A stretch of DNA of 64,000 nucleotides from an uncultured Candidatus Sumerlaeota bacterium (GTDB taxonomy: Bacteria > Sumerlaeota > Sumerlaeia > MVZB01): NCBI GenBank assembly GCA_964473105.1, contig CAYYNQ010000038.1:6806-70805 (forward strand). The letters are read 5' to 3'. The stretch's first letter is position 1. The number at the start of each line of letters is the position of its first letter. The notes under the pieces are model-generated. The model saw nothing but the letters and a program-made list of their open reading frames with translations. It did not search any database and had not been told where the DNA came from. Of this stretch, positions 36,459-45,372 are shown in pieces. The position numbers and the translations under genes were made by a program.

Positions 36459-39026
36459 TCAGTTGTTGAATGTAAACTCGGGGGAAGTCAGGACTGCCCA
36501 GAGAAGATCCTCGGTGGCTCGTTCACGGTCAGGATGTTGTGTGATCATGGACTGTAACTCGGAACTCTCTTCATCCCGGGGATAGCGTGCCAGGGCTGTA
36601 AGATAAAATTCATCAATGATCTCCCGATCTGTAAAGCCGCTATCCAGATAATCTGCGAGCCGACCTTTCTGGCTGCTGATCTTCTCACGGTAGGTGGAAC
36701 CCGTCAACTTGTGTAAGGCCTGCTTGAGGTTGAGATCATTGCGTCGACAGGTCACGACGGTTCGGTCAATCTGGTTGTTGATGTCGAGAAACCATAAGCG
36801 ATGCAGATCGGGGCAAACCAGGTTGATCGCTCTTTGATACGTGTGCGCCTCGCCAAAGTCGCCGTAGACACCGGTGACGTTTGAAATGGCATCGAAAAGG
36901 ACCTCCGCGTCCAATCCGCGCGGCCGGGACCAGGAGTAGTTCAGTTGGTCATCAATATTGGAGTCATTCGGGACACCGGACATTTGGTAAGTGCTCGAAC
37001 GGCAGATTAATCGCATCAGGTGTTTCAGGTCATGGCCACTCCTCCTGAAATCTTCCGCCAGTTCCTCGAGTAGTTCCGGATGTGTCGGCATGTTCGCAAG
37101 CCGGAAGTCATCAACCGGCTCAACGATCCCCCTCCCAAAGAAATTTCCCCAGATCCTGTTTGCGACCGCCTCCGCAAAGAAAGGATGGCCGGTCATCCAT
37201 GTGGCCAGGCTGCGGCGAGGATCGTGCTGTGAGTCGCTTGTAGGCCTGTCACCATTAAAAAAGGCCGGTTGAACCTCCCTGTCCCGGCGTGGATGAATCG
37301 TTTTCTCCCCCTGGCCGTACTCCCCGTGCCCCTCCGGGTCATCGAAATGGATCATCATGGATCCGGTCCAGCCCAGCCTGGTCAGCCGACCAAAAAAAGC
37401 CGTCATGTTCCAGAACTGGTCTTGGGTCCAGGTTTCATAGGGATGATCGTGACATTGGGCGCAATCGAGGCGACGTCCCATGAACAGCACGACGTTCTCG
37501 GTCATTTCGTTGGGTGGCAGGGGCATCTCGCCGCCCCCGTGGTGATAGTGCCGGGTCGGGCCGTTGAAGCCCTGCCCGGAGATTCGTTCCCTTGCCATCA
37601 GGTCAAAGGGTTTGTTGTCTGCCACGGAATCCCGGATCCAGTTCCAGTATTTCTCCGCACGCTTGTTGCTGCTCTGCAGAAAATAGGAGACCCGAAAGAT
37701 GTCCGAGATCCGGTAGGTCCAATAGTCGACAAATTCCGGCGTGTCGAGGAGGGTATCAACCAGTTCATCACGTTTGGAGGGGTTGGGATCGGCGAGAAAC
37801 CCCTTGACCCGGCTCGCTGGTGGCAGGGTTCCGGTCAGGTCAAGGCAGACCCGGCGCAGGAATTCCTCATCAGAACAGATTCCGGACGGCATAATGTTGA
37901 ACCTGCGGAGTTTTGCGAGGACATGCCGGTCTACGAGGTTGCGCTCCTCAAGTTCCGGGAACCCGACGGGTTGTCTGCTGATCACGCCGATCCGGGCATT
38001 GACGGCAATGCCTGCGGCGCGCACCAGCAGGGTGGTTTCACCCTTGTCTCCAGCCCGAATCTGTCCGTTACGGTCAACCCGTGCCACCCCCTTGTCCAGG
38101 ACCTCATAGGAGACCCGGCCGGTCATGTCCTCCCGGCGTCCGTCTGCAAGGTGGGCCGTCACCAGCAGCTGCTGGCGGCTGCCGGGTGTCAGCAGGGTCA
38201 TCTGGGGGAACACTTCTAGTTGTTCGACCTGATATGGCTCCGGGTTTCCCGCTTGACGTGGTGCCCCCCGGCGGATCCATTCAAGGAGGGTGTTATAATC
38301 GTCCGAGTCCTTCGTGAACCTTTCCCCCCCCTCGTGTTCCAGCTGGTAGGTTGGTTTGAGCAGGATCAGGCTCTGTTCCGGATGCTGCAGATTAATGCGC
38401 GGGGTTCGTTCGCCCTCAACTTTTTCGGTCAATACGGGGTAAGTGCCGCCGATGGTGATCCATTCATGATCCAGATCGGGGTTCATGGCGTTGAGCGATA
38501 TCTTGAAACCACCCCTGCCCTTGATGCTGCCGTGACAGTCAGCCATGTTGCATCCCCGACGGGTCAGGACCCCGCCGATATCGCGTGTGAAATTGAACGG
38601 GGGTGTTGCCTGGGAGCCCTGGATCAGGATTTCCCTGCGGGCAGAAATGTTTTCGTAAGCCGCATGGATTTTAAGTGCTCCGTCCGCCGTCACCACCAAC
38701 CGACCCGTCGCATCCATGGAGGCAATGTCGGGATTGTTAATCTTGAGTTGAGCCTCGCGTGTCAGGTCCCGTTCATGCCCATCGTTATACCGGCCCATCA
38801 CGACAAACTGCTGTGATCGTGCGGAAATGACCCGTCCGTCATCGTCCGGCAGGATTCGCAGTGACACCGGTTTGCCGATGGATTTTTCAGTTGCCGGGGT
38901 TTCAGCCGATATTCCCGCCGATTGAAGCAGCATGATGCCGTGAATCGTGGCAGCAACGATGACCAGGATCACCGCCGCCGGGTTTGCTGGATGTGTCAGG
39001 GATGATTTATTCATCGTGTCAGGCAT
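36459..39026 (-). CDS. Big_2-like + DUF1549 (PSCyt2) + DUF1553 (PSD1) protein without N-terminal cytochrome-c module ('B2')
   Basis: 855 aa with a hydrophobic N-terminus. Motifs: GCNMADCHGS (nt 38532-38552), FLRRVCLDLTGTLPP..RDELVDTLLDTPEF, and LDCAQCHDHPYE (nt 37449-37463). An alternative start, MNKSSL, lies at 39014. Confidence 0.9.
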   Translation of the reverse strand: MPDTMNKSSLTHPANPAAVILVIVAATIHGIMLLQSAGISAETPATEKSIGKPVSLRILPDDDGRVISARSQQFVVMGRYNDGHERDLTREAQLKINNPDIASMDATGRLVVTADGALKIHAAYENISARREILIQGSQATPPFNFTRDIGGVLTRRGCNMADCHGSIKGRGGFKISLNAMNPDLDHEWITIGGTYPVLTEKVEGERTPRINLQHPEQSLILLKPTYQLEHEGGERFTKDSDDYNTLLEWIRRGAPRQAGNPEPYQVEQLEVFPQMTLLTPGSRQQLLVTAHLADGRREDMTGRVSYEVLDKGVARVDRNGQIRAGDKGETTLLVRAAGIAVNARIGVISRQPVGFPELEERNLVDRHVLAKLRRFNIMPSGICSDEEFLRRVCLDLTGTLPPASRVKGFLADPNPSKRDELVDTLLDTPEFVDYWTYRISDIFRVSYFLQSSNKRAEKYWNWIRDSVADNKPFDLMARERISGQGFNGPTRHYHHGGGEMPLPPNEMTENVVLFMGRRLDCAQCHDHPYETWTQDQFWNMTAFFGRLTRLGWTGSMMIHFDDPEGHGEYGQGEKTIHPRRDREVQPAFFNGDRPTSDSQHDPRRSLATWMTGHPFFAEAVANRIWGNFFGRGIVEPVDDFRLANMPTHPELLEELAEDFRRSGHDLKHLMRLICRSSTYQMSGVPNDSNIDDQLNYSWSRPRGLDAEVLFDAISNVTGVYGDFGEAHTYQRAINLVCPDLHRLWFLDINNQIDRTVVTCRRNDLNLKQALHKLTGSTYREKISSQKGRLADYLDSGFTDREIIDEFYLTALARYPRDEESSELQSMITQHPDRERATEDLLWAVLTSPEFTFNN

Positions 39027-39066
39027 TCAAGGGCATGGCGTTTAACCGGGCATGGTATCACCGAAC

Positions 39067-39101
39067 GTAAAACCTCTCCAATGGTAAAACCTCTCCAATG
39101 G
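39067..39101. repeat. perfect 17-bp tandem direct repeat (TAAAACCTCTCCAATGG x2) in the upstream region of B2
   Basis: Read directly from the sequence: 39068-39084 is identical to 39085-39101, and the preceding G at 39067 matches too. The repeat lies 41-75 nt upstream of the B2 start codon at 39026. It is flanked by direct copies of CCGGGCAT at 39046-39053 and 39116-39123. Confidence 0.9.
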
Positions 39102-39570
39102 CAAATTATGCGTGTCCGGGCATCATTCTGATTGAGTCATCATGCTTATTGGAGGATTTGTCGGGCCGTGAGGCGTGACAGTCTGTGGGGGCGGACTCCT
39201 GTTCCTCCCGCATGCTTTGTTGTCATCCGAATTTCCCGTTCACCTGTGCGAAAGGATAGTCAACTTGTTCCCGACACCGATCATCCTTCCCCGCATAAAA
39301 AAGCTCCCGCATGGTTCTTGATTGTCCCCCGAGATTCTTATGGTTGAAGGGTTATGGGTTGTGACCACGATTAGGGTTTTGGGCGGAGATCCTGTCCGTG
39401 TAAAATATCGCCCGAATTGCTTCGTGCCAGGCCTCCAATTTTATCTTGTAACCTTGGTTTTATCCGGGGATAATCTCCACCCTGATTAACGGACATTCAG
39501 ACAGATCCAGAGTCCCTTGCCGGGTCCCCGGAAGATGGCGGGGTCCGGTCACGTCCCCATGGAGGTTTCG

Positions 39571-40056
39571 ATGCCCTCAGTCAACCAGGATTTCAACCAT
39601 TCTTTCGTGATCGAGGCGCCGCCCGCACTGGTCTGGAAATTCCTCTGGGATATCCAGGCCATGGCCGGATGTATTCCCGGCTGCGAAGAGGTCATCACCC
39701 GGGTGGAAAACAAGACATACCTGGCGAAGATGCGGCGCAAGGTAGGCCCTTTCGTGATCCGGATGGAAATGGATATTGAGGTCACCGAATGCGTCGAGCC
39801 CGAGCGTGTTGCGGTGGTCGTAGCCGGTCGGGACAAGAAGCTCAGGAGCAAGCTCTCACAGACGGTTGCTGTCGCGCTGGGGGGTGAGCCCGAGGGCCCG
39901 AGTTGTATCGAGGTCAACACCCATTTTGAACTGAGCGGTGTCCTTGCCTCGCTGGGTGCAATCCTGCTCAAGGGTCATATCCAGCATGAAATGGACACCT
40001 TTGTGAAGAATATCCAGGCCGGGATCGAGGAGTTCAAGGCCGGACAGGCCCCGTGA
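39571..40056 (+). CDS. SRPBCC-fold protein, CoxG (carbon monoxide dehydrogenase subunit G)-like
   Basis: FVIEAPPALVWKFLWDIQAMAGCIPGCEEV..YLAKMRRKVGPF is a CoxG/PF06240-like pattern. ATG 39571 is preceded by GGAGG (39561-39565) with a 5-nt spacer. The ORF track start at 39517 is probably too far upstream. Confidence 0.7.
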   Translation: MPSVNQDFNHSFVIEAPPALVWKFLWDIQAMAGCIPGCEEVITRVENKTYLAKMRRKVGPFVIRMEMDIEVTECVEPERVAVVVAGRDKKLRSKLSQTVAVALGGEPEGPSCIEVNTHFELSGVLASLGAILLKGHIQHEMDTFVKNIQAGIEEFKAGQAP

Positions 40057-40138
40057 CCATGTTTGTGAGTGTCATGGTGCAATTTTTGTTTTCTATTTCA
40101 ATATCATGCCCGGTCCGGCCGGGCTGGGAGGCGTGAAA

Positions 40139-42088
40139 ATGGCATATGATCTGCTCCTTCGTGAGGGAAAAATCAACGGGATGACGACCAAGAACCGGTT
40201 TCACATGGGACCGGCGGAGAAAAGTTACGCAAACCGTGACGGTTCGATGAACCAGGGATATATCGATTATCTGGTTGCACGGGCAAAGGGCGGGGCCGCC
40301 CTGATGTCCATCGAGTCCACCTATGTCGATGTCCGCGGGATGGGACATCATTACCAGGTCGGGGCCCACGGGGATCATGTCATTCCCGGCCTGCGCCGCA
40401 CGGCTGAGGCTGTACATGCTGTCAACAGCCGGGTTGGGCTTGAACTCTACATGGGTGGACGGCAGTCACCTGCCTACATGACCCAGCGCCAGCCGGTCGC
40501 CCCCTCGGTCGTCAAGTGCGAGGTTCTGGACCCTCCCGCCGTCCCGCATGAGCTTACGAAGGAGGAGATCGCCGAGATCGTCCAGTTTTTTGCCGATGGA
40601 GCACGACGAACCCAGGAGGCCGGGATGGATTATGTCCTGCTGCATGGTGCCCACGGATACCTTTTGTGCCAGTTTCTTTCGCCGTATTCAAACAGGCGGA
40701 CGGATGAGTACGGTGGTTCACCCGAAAACAGGGGGCGCTTTGGCCTGGAAATTGTCAGGGCCGTCCGCGAGACATGTGGTGACGACTTCCCGATCGGTTT
40801 CCGTATCACAGCCGAGGAATACATCGACGGTGGCCTGACCATTGATGACACGACGAAATACTGCCGCAAGCTGGTCGATGCCGGTGTGGACTGGATCGAT
40901 ACATCCGGGGGGATTTATGAATCCTTCTACATGATTCTGCAGGGAACCGAGGCACCCAAGGGCGGGTTTGTCGACAACGCCGCGGCGATCAAGGAGACGG
41001 TGGGCAATGATGCGATGGTCAGCGCGACCCAGCGCCTCAGCGACCCGGATTTCGCCAGCGAGGTCATGCGCAGACACGGCCTGGATTATGTCTCGGTCAC
41101 CCGCGCATTTCACTCCGACCCGCTTTACGGAACCAAGGTGGCCGAGGGTCGGGTCGACGAGATCAATTTCTGCATCTCCTGCCACCAGTGCGTGAATCTT
41201 CTTGAGATGAACGAGCGTGCCGACTGTGCGATCAATCCCACGACGGGATATGAGAGTGAGCGAAAACTTTGCAAGGTTTCGAAACCGCGCAATGTGATGG
41301 TTGTCGGGGGGGGGCCGGGTGGCATGGAGGCTGCCCGTCTGCTTGCCGAGCAGGGCAACAAGGTTACCCTCTATGAAAAGGGATCGGAATTGGGCGGCCA
41401 GTTCCGTTACTCGTCGAAGGCGGCCGACGACTATGCAAGCTTCCCCCGTTACCTGATCGGCCAGATCAAGAAACTCAATGTCGACATCCACATGAACACG
41501 GCGGTGGACTATGACCTGATTCGGAAGGAGGACCCCGATGCGGTCATCATCGCGACGGGCATCCTGCCCGGGATCCAGTTCTGCCCGGTCGTCGGCAATG
41601 CGAAGACATTCAACCTCTTCACCTCGATCGACCGTGATGATGACGAGTGGGAAGACGAGGTCGTCATCATCGGCGGGGATTTCGCAATCTGTTTTGCGGC
41701 GTTGTATGTCGCGGGTCGCGGCGCCGAGGTGACGATTGTTGAGCCCAACAGCACGATCGCATTTGACAAGCATTCCCCCGCCAAGGACCTGCTGATCAAG
41801 GCGCTGACCGACCTGCCGACAGTCCATGTCCGGACAGAATCGAGCGTCGAGGAGGTTGGGGAGGGTTATGTCCTGATCCAGCATGACGGGAAAATCGAGC
41901 GCAAGGAATGCGGCAGCGCCGTCTTCGGCGGACGTGTGCCCAACAATCACCTTTATGATGAAATCAAGCAGCGGGCCCCGGAACTTGAAGTCTACAACAT
42001 CGGCGACTCGGTACTCCCGCGACTGGTCTACGAAGCCACGCAGGAAGCCTGGAAGGCTGTCGAGCGGATCTGCCTCAAGGCCTGCTGA
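40139..42088 (+). CDS. Old-Yellow-Enzyme-type NADH:flavin oxidoreductase fused to an FAD/NAD(P)-binding domain (2,4-dienoyl-CoA reductase FadH-like)
   Basis: The OYE TIM barrel is indicated by LHGAHGYLLCQFLSP..NRRTDEYGGS. CISCHQCVNLLEMNERADC is a CxxCxxC..C 4Fe-4S pattern, as in FadH and TMADH. VMVVGGGPGGMEAA is a dinucleotide-binding motif. I placed the start at MAYDLL (40139). Confidence 0.85.
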   Translation: MAYDLLLREGKINGMTTKNRFHMGPAEKSYANRDGSMNQGYIDYLVARAKGGAALMSIESTYVDVRGMGHHYQVGAHGDHVIPGLRRTAEAVHAVNSRVGLELYMGGRQSPAYMTQRQPVAPSVVKCEVLDPPAVPHELTKEEIAEIVQFFADGARRTQEAGMDYVLLHGAHGYLLCQFLSPYSNRRTDEYGGSPENRGRFGLEIVRAVRETCGDDFPIGFRITAEEYIDGGLTIDDTTKYCRKLVDAGVDWIDTSGGIYESFYMILQGTEAPKGGFVDNAAAIKETVGNDAMVSATQRLSDPDFASEVMRRHGLDYVSVTRAFHSDPLYGTKVAEGRVDEINFCISCHQCVNLLEMNERADCAINPTTGYESERKLCKVSKPRNVMVVGGGPGGMEAARLLAEQGNKVTLYEKGSELGGQFRYSSKAADDYASFPRYLIGQIKKLNVDIHMNTAVDYDLIRKEDPDAVIIATGILPGIQFCPVVGNAKTFNLFTSIDRDDDEWEDEVVIIGGDFAICFAALYVAGRGAEVTIVEPNSTIAFDKHSPAKDLLIKALTDLPTVHVRTESSVEEVGEGYVLIQHDGKIERKECGSAVFGGRVPNNHLYDEIKQRAPELEVYNIGDSVLPRLVYEATQEAWKAVERICLKAC

Positions 42089-42357
42089 AATCCCGGGTCC
42101 TGCTCGGTTTCAAGAGCTGTTGTTCACATAAATCATTGCTCATCAGAGGATCGCGGGGATCCGGTCAGGGGGTTCTGAGGTTGTTTCGGAGCCCATACGG
42201 AAATACGTCAGGTCAGGTGCAGGTGGGATTATGCTTGATCACTTGCACGCTCTGCCATATATTCGACCCATTGGATATTTAATGGCTTTTCGGGATACGG
42301 CCTTTGAATTGGTGGTTTTCGGATCGTCAAATTTTTCTTTTTGGGAGGGGTCTTACA

Positions 42358-44007
42358 GTGCAAGCAATCAGGCCAGCAATAATCATCCTGACGGGGGTCC
42401 TGTTATCCCTGTATACGGCCCCAGAGGCTCATAGCTACACGTTTGATATGGATGAAGGGGACACACTGGATTGGTTCGAGGATTTTGATGACAATAGCAA
42501 CGGATGGTATTTCTGGAATGACTCCATGGCGATCAGCGATACCTCCCGGACCGGCTTGACCAGCGATGGCAATTCCTGCGGGGCTGCAGCTGTGGGTGCC
42601 ATGGAGGGTACGCTGCACCTGAATGAGGATGACGGCCAGCATAGTTATACAGCGCCCGGTCAGGGTGGTCTTGCCTGGATCGATCTGGAGGAAATAGTCG
42701 ACCTTTCCGGGGGGCCGATGACCCTTTACATGGCTCTTCAGAATCCGCCGACTCCGGGGGAGGGGGTCGGCACCCGGACTGCCGTCCGGCTTGTGACCCT
42801 TGACAGCGGCCCGCACAGGAATATCAGTGTCGAGTGGATGAACGGGTTCATGACCCAGGTTGCGGTCAATGCCAATGGCCGCGGTGGTTGCTGCGGCGCA
42901 CGCAAGGCCTGTGGCCCGGCTCCCGGTGGATCAACCAGTTGTCCCAATGGCGTGACCGGCGATGACTGCACTCCCATGCAATTCCTTTTCAGCGTCAACG
43001 CCGAGGGAGGCTTTGAAGTCAAGGAAAGAGACTTGGCGGGTAACCCGGGCGAGTGGCGGACTCTACTTAGGCTTAACAAAAATTCGTCACACCCACAGAC
43101 CTATAACCGGGTTTATGTTTATTTGGAATCGAATGAGAATGGGGGTAACCGTATCGATGCAATTGGTGGAACGCAAGGTGGTTCCCTGACCCCATCCACC
43201 GAGATTACCGGCTTTGATTTCCATATTGACGGAGATGACGTGCTCGTTTGGGAGGAAGAGTTCGATGATAACGCCAATGGCTGGGAGTTTGTTCACGGTA
43301 CAGAAATCAGTAACCCCGCCCTGATAGGCCAAGTCGACCGAGGCGGGACGCTTTGTCGGCCTCCCGATGAGGTGGGCGCCATGGTGGGGAGCCTGCATCT
43401 GGACGAGGATGACACCACCGACAGTTACTACGAGGCTGCTAGTGCGGGCGTTGCCACGCTTGATCTTTCAACCCCCATTGACCTCTCCAATGGGCCCATG
43501 GCCCTTTACATGGCTTACAATGCTGCAACCGGTGGTAGCCAGCGGTTGGCAGTCAGGCTGCTGGATACGACTGCACCATCTGCGGACAACATCACTTTTT
43601 CGATGTTGATGGGTTTCAGGATGCGGTTGATGGTTGATGCAGACGGCATCCCGGGATGCTGTGGACCCTTATTTGCTGAGTGTGGCAAGGTGGGACCCCT
43701 CGATGGTCCCTGTCCGAACAACCCGGAGGTGGCCGCGGGTGTCTGCACCCCCATTCAATTCGTGCTCCGGCTTGATGCCGCGGGTAATGTCGCGCTGCGT
43801 GAACGCAGCATGAAACTCAACCCGGGGCTCTGGCGGGACATGATGGTCAAGTCCGGGTCGGGACATCCAACATATATGGACCAGATTTATGTTCATTTGG
43901 AGTCGGACTGGAACGGGGGCAACCGTCTCGAGGGACTTGCCGGGACACAGGGTGTCCTTTATGCACCTGTCAGTGCCGTCGAGCATTTCAATCTGTATTC
44001 GGAATAA
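42358..44007 (+). CDS. secreted hypothetical protein made of two tandem ~250-aa Cys-containing repeats (unknown family)
   Basis: The ORF track gives 42304-44007 (TTG start). I prefer GTG 42358, preceded by GGGAGGGG (42343-42350), which yields the signal peptide (M)QAIRPAIIILTGVLLSLYTAPEAHS. The internal duplication is visible by eye. The repeat spans below are numbered from the track start at 42304; details are in the findings. A strong terminator follows the gene. Confidence 0.75.
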   Translation: MQAIRPAIIILTGVLLSLYTAPEAHSYTFDMDEGDTLDWFEDFDDNSNGWYFWNDSMAISDTSRTGLTSDGNSCGAAAVGAMEGTLHLNEDDGQHSYTAPGQGGLAWIDLEEIVDLSGGPMTLYMALQNPPTPGEGVGTRTAVRLVTLDSGPHRNISVEWMNGFMTQVAVNANGRGGCCGARKACGPAPGGSTSCPNGVTGDDCTPMQFLFSVNAEGGFEVKERDLAGNPGEWRTLLRLNKNSSHPQTYNRVYVYLESNENGGNRIDAIGGTQGGSLTPSTEITGFDFHIDGDDVLVWEEEFDDNANGWEFVHGTEISNPALIGQVDRGGTLCRPPDEVGAMVGSLHLDEDDTTDSYYEAASAGVATLDLSTPIDLSNGPMALYMAYNAATGGSQRLAVRLLDTTAPSADNITFSMLMGFRMRLMVDADGIPGCCGPLFAECGKVGPLDGPCPNNPEVAAGVCTPIQFVLRLDAAGNVALRERSMKLNPGLWRDMMVKSGSGHPTYMDQIYVHLESDWNGGNRLEGLAGTQGVLYAPVSAVEHFNLYSE

Positions 44008-44042
44008 CTTCACGCAAGATTCCTTATCACGTATGCCTGATC

Positions 44043-44080
44043 AACCCCGGTGGGGGGGAGCCCCCGCCGGGGTTTCTGTT
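44043..44080 (+). terminator. Rho-independent terminator after the repeat protein gene
   Basis: AACCCCGGTGGGGG-GGAG-CCCCCGCCGGGGTT forms a 14-bp stem with one G-U pair and a 4-nt loop, followed by TCTGTT. A second, weaker hairpin (CCCGGGAT-CGC-ATCCGGG, then TTTT) lies at 44085-44106. Confidence 0.6.
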
Positions 44081-44264
44081 GTCCCCCGGGATCGCATCCG
44101 GGTTTTCCCTGGCCCGAAAATGAAATGAAGAAAGGTATGTTCCCGCGGGGCATTCTCCCTCATTTCGTTATATTGTACTGGATCAAATCCCTCCCGTCTG
44201 GCATTGGTGTTGGTTATACCGACATGATCATGTCCGTTGAATTCGTCTGCCGGGGAGGTCTTGG

Positions 44265-45293
44265 ATGAAAGCCATCTATATGGAATCCGCGTCGAGCTAT
44301 GGGCTGACTGAACGGCCGATGCCCGAGCCGCGCGGGGATGAGGTTCTTGTCAGGGTCAGTCACGCCGGACTCTGTCATACCGACGTCATCATTCGCAGCG
44401 GCAAGGCTGATCACGTACTCTACCCGTTTATCCCCGGCCATGAATTTTCCGGTGTTGTCGAGGCATGCGGGGACCTGGTTTATCACCTCAAGCCGGGCGA
44501 TCGGGTGGCGATGCACAGCATCCTCGGTTGTGGGCTATGCCCATCCTGCCACGAGGGCGACATCTGTAGTTGCATGCATTACGACGAGCTGGGTTCACGC
44601 CGTGACGGTGGATTTGCCGAGTATTGCAGTGTCCCCGCCCGCTGGGCGATGAAACTGCCCGAAAATGTCTCCCTGGAGGAGGGTGCGTTGGCCGAGCCGT
44701 TGGCCAATGCCTGTGCGGTTGTCCGCAATTGCAGGATTCAGGAGGGTGACCGGGTCGTGATCATTGGTCCCGGACCGATCGGTATCCTTGCTGTCCAGGT
44801 TGCGTTGTTGCAACAGCCGTCGTCGGTGGTTCTCCTGGGAACCCGTGACTCCCGGCTGGAGATCGGCCGCAAGGCCGGGGCTACGCATGTCGTCAACATC
44901 CGTCATGACGGCGCGATGGGGCAGCTGGATGAGATTCTTGGGGGTAGGGGAGCCGATGTCGTGATGGAATGCGCGGGTGTTCCCGACGCACTGGAGATGG
45001 CGATCGAGATTGCCGGCCGTAACGGTCGTGTTGCCATCGAGGGTTCGATGGGCAACGACGAGACAATCAGGATCTATCCGCGGCGTGTCCTGGTCAAGGC
45101 ACTGCAGTTGATTGGGATCTGCGGCTGGAGGACCGAGGACTTCAACCGCGCAATCTGCCTGATGGGGGCCTCCAAGGTTGATGTCGGCCTGATCATCACA
45201 CAGCACTATGGACTGGACGACTGGGAGCAGGCTTTCAGTATGGCGACAACCCGCAAGGACGAGTCCATCAAGGTCGAATTCAGCCTCTCCTGA
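44265..45293 (+). CDS. zinc-binding medium-chain alcohol/polyol dehydrogenase (sorbitol/threonine dehydrogenase-like)
   Basis: 342 aa. Motifs: GLCHTDV, GHEFSGVV, the structural-zinc cluster CGLCPSCHEGDICSC, and the Rossmann motif VIIGPGPIG. Confidence 0.9.
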   Translation: MKAIYMESASSYGLTERPMPEPRGDEVLVRVSHAGLCHTDVIIRSGKADHVLYPFIPGHEFSGVVEACGDLVYHLKPGDRVAMHSILGCGLCPSCHEGDICSCMHYDELGSRRDGGFAEYCSVPARWAMKLPENVSLEEGALAEPLANACAVVRNCRIQEGDRVVIIGPGPIGILAVQVALLQQPSSVVLLGTRDSRLEIGRKAGATHVVNIRHDGAMGQLDEILGGRGADVVMECAGVPDALEMAIEIAGRNGRVAIEGSMGNDETIRIYPRRVLVKALQLIGICGWRTEDFNRAICLMGASKVDVGLIITQHYGLDDWEQAFSMATTRKDESIKVEFSLS

Positions 45294-45372
45294 TCCTCCG
45301 GGTGCTTTTTTGTCATGGTTGTTTCGGGGGCGATTTTGCCCCACCCGCATCACAGGGGTGTGCAGATCCCGA

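Noticed and set aside
42231-42434. A 67-aa ORF, and the TTG start at 42304, upstream of the repeat protein.
   Set aside because: There is no SD sequence and the sequence is not signal-like. GTG 42358 with the GGGAGGGG SD sequence gives a proper signal peptide. The small ORF is probably 5' UTR.
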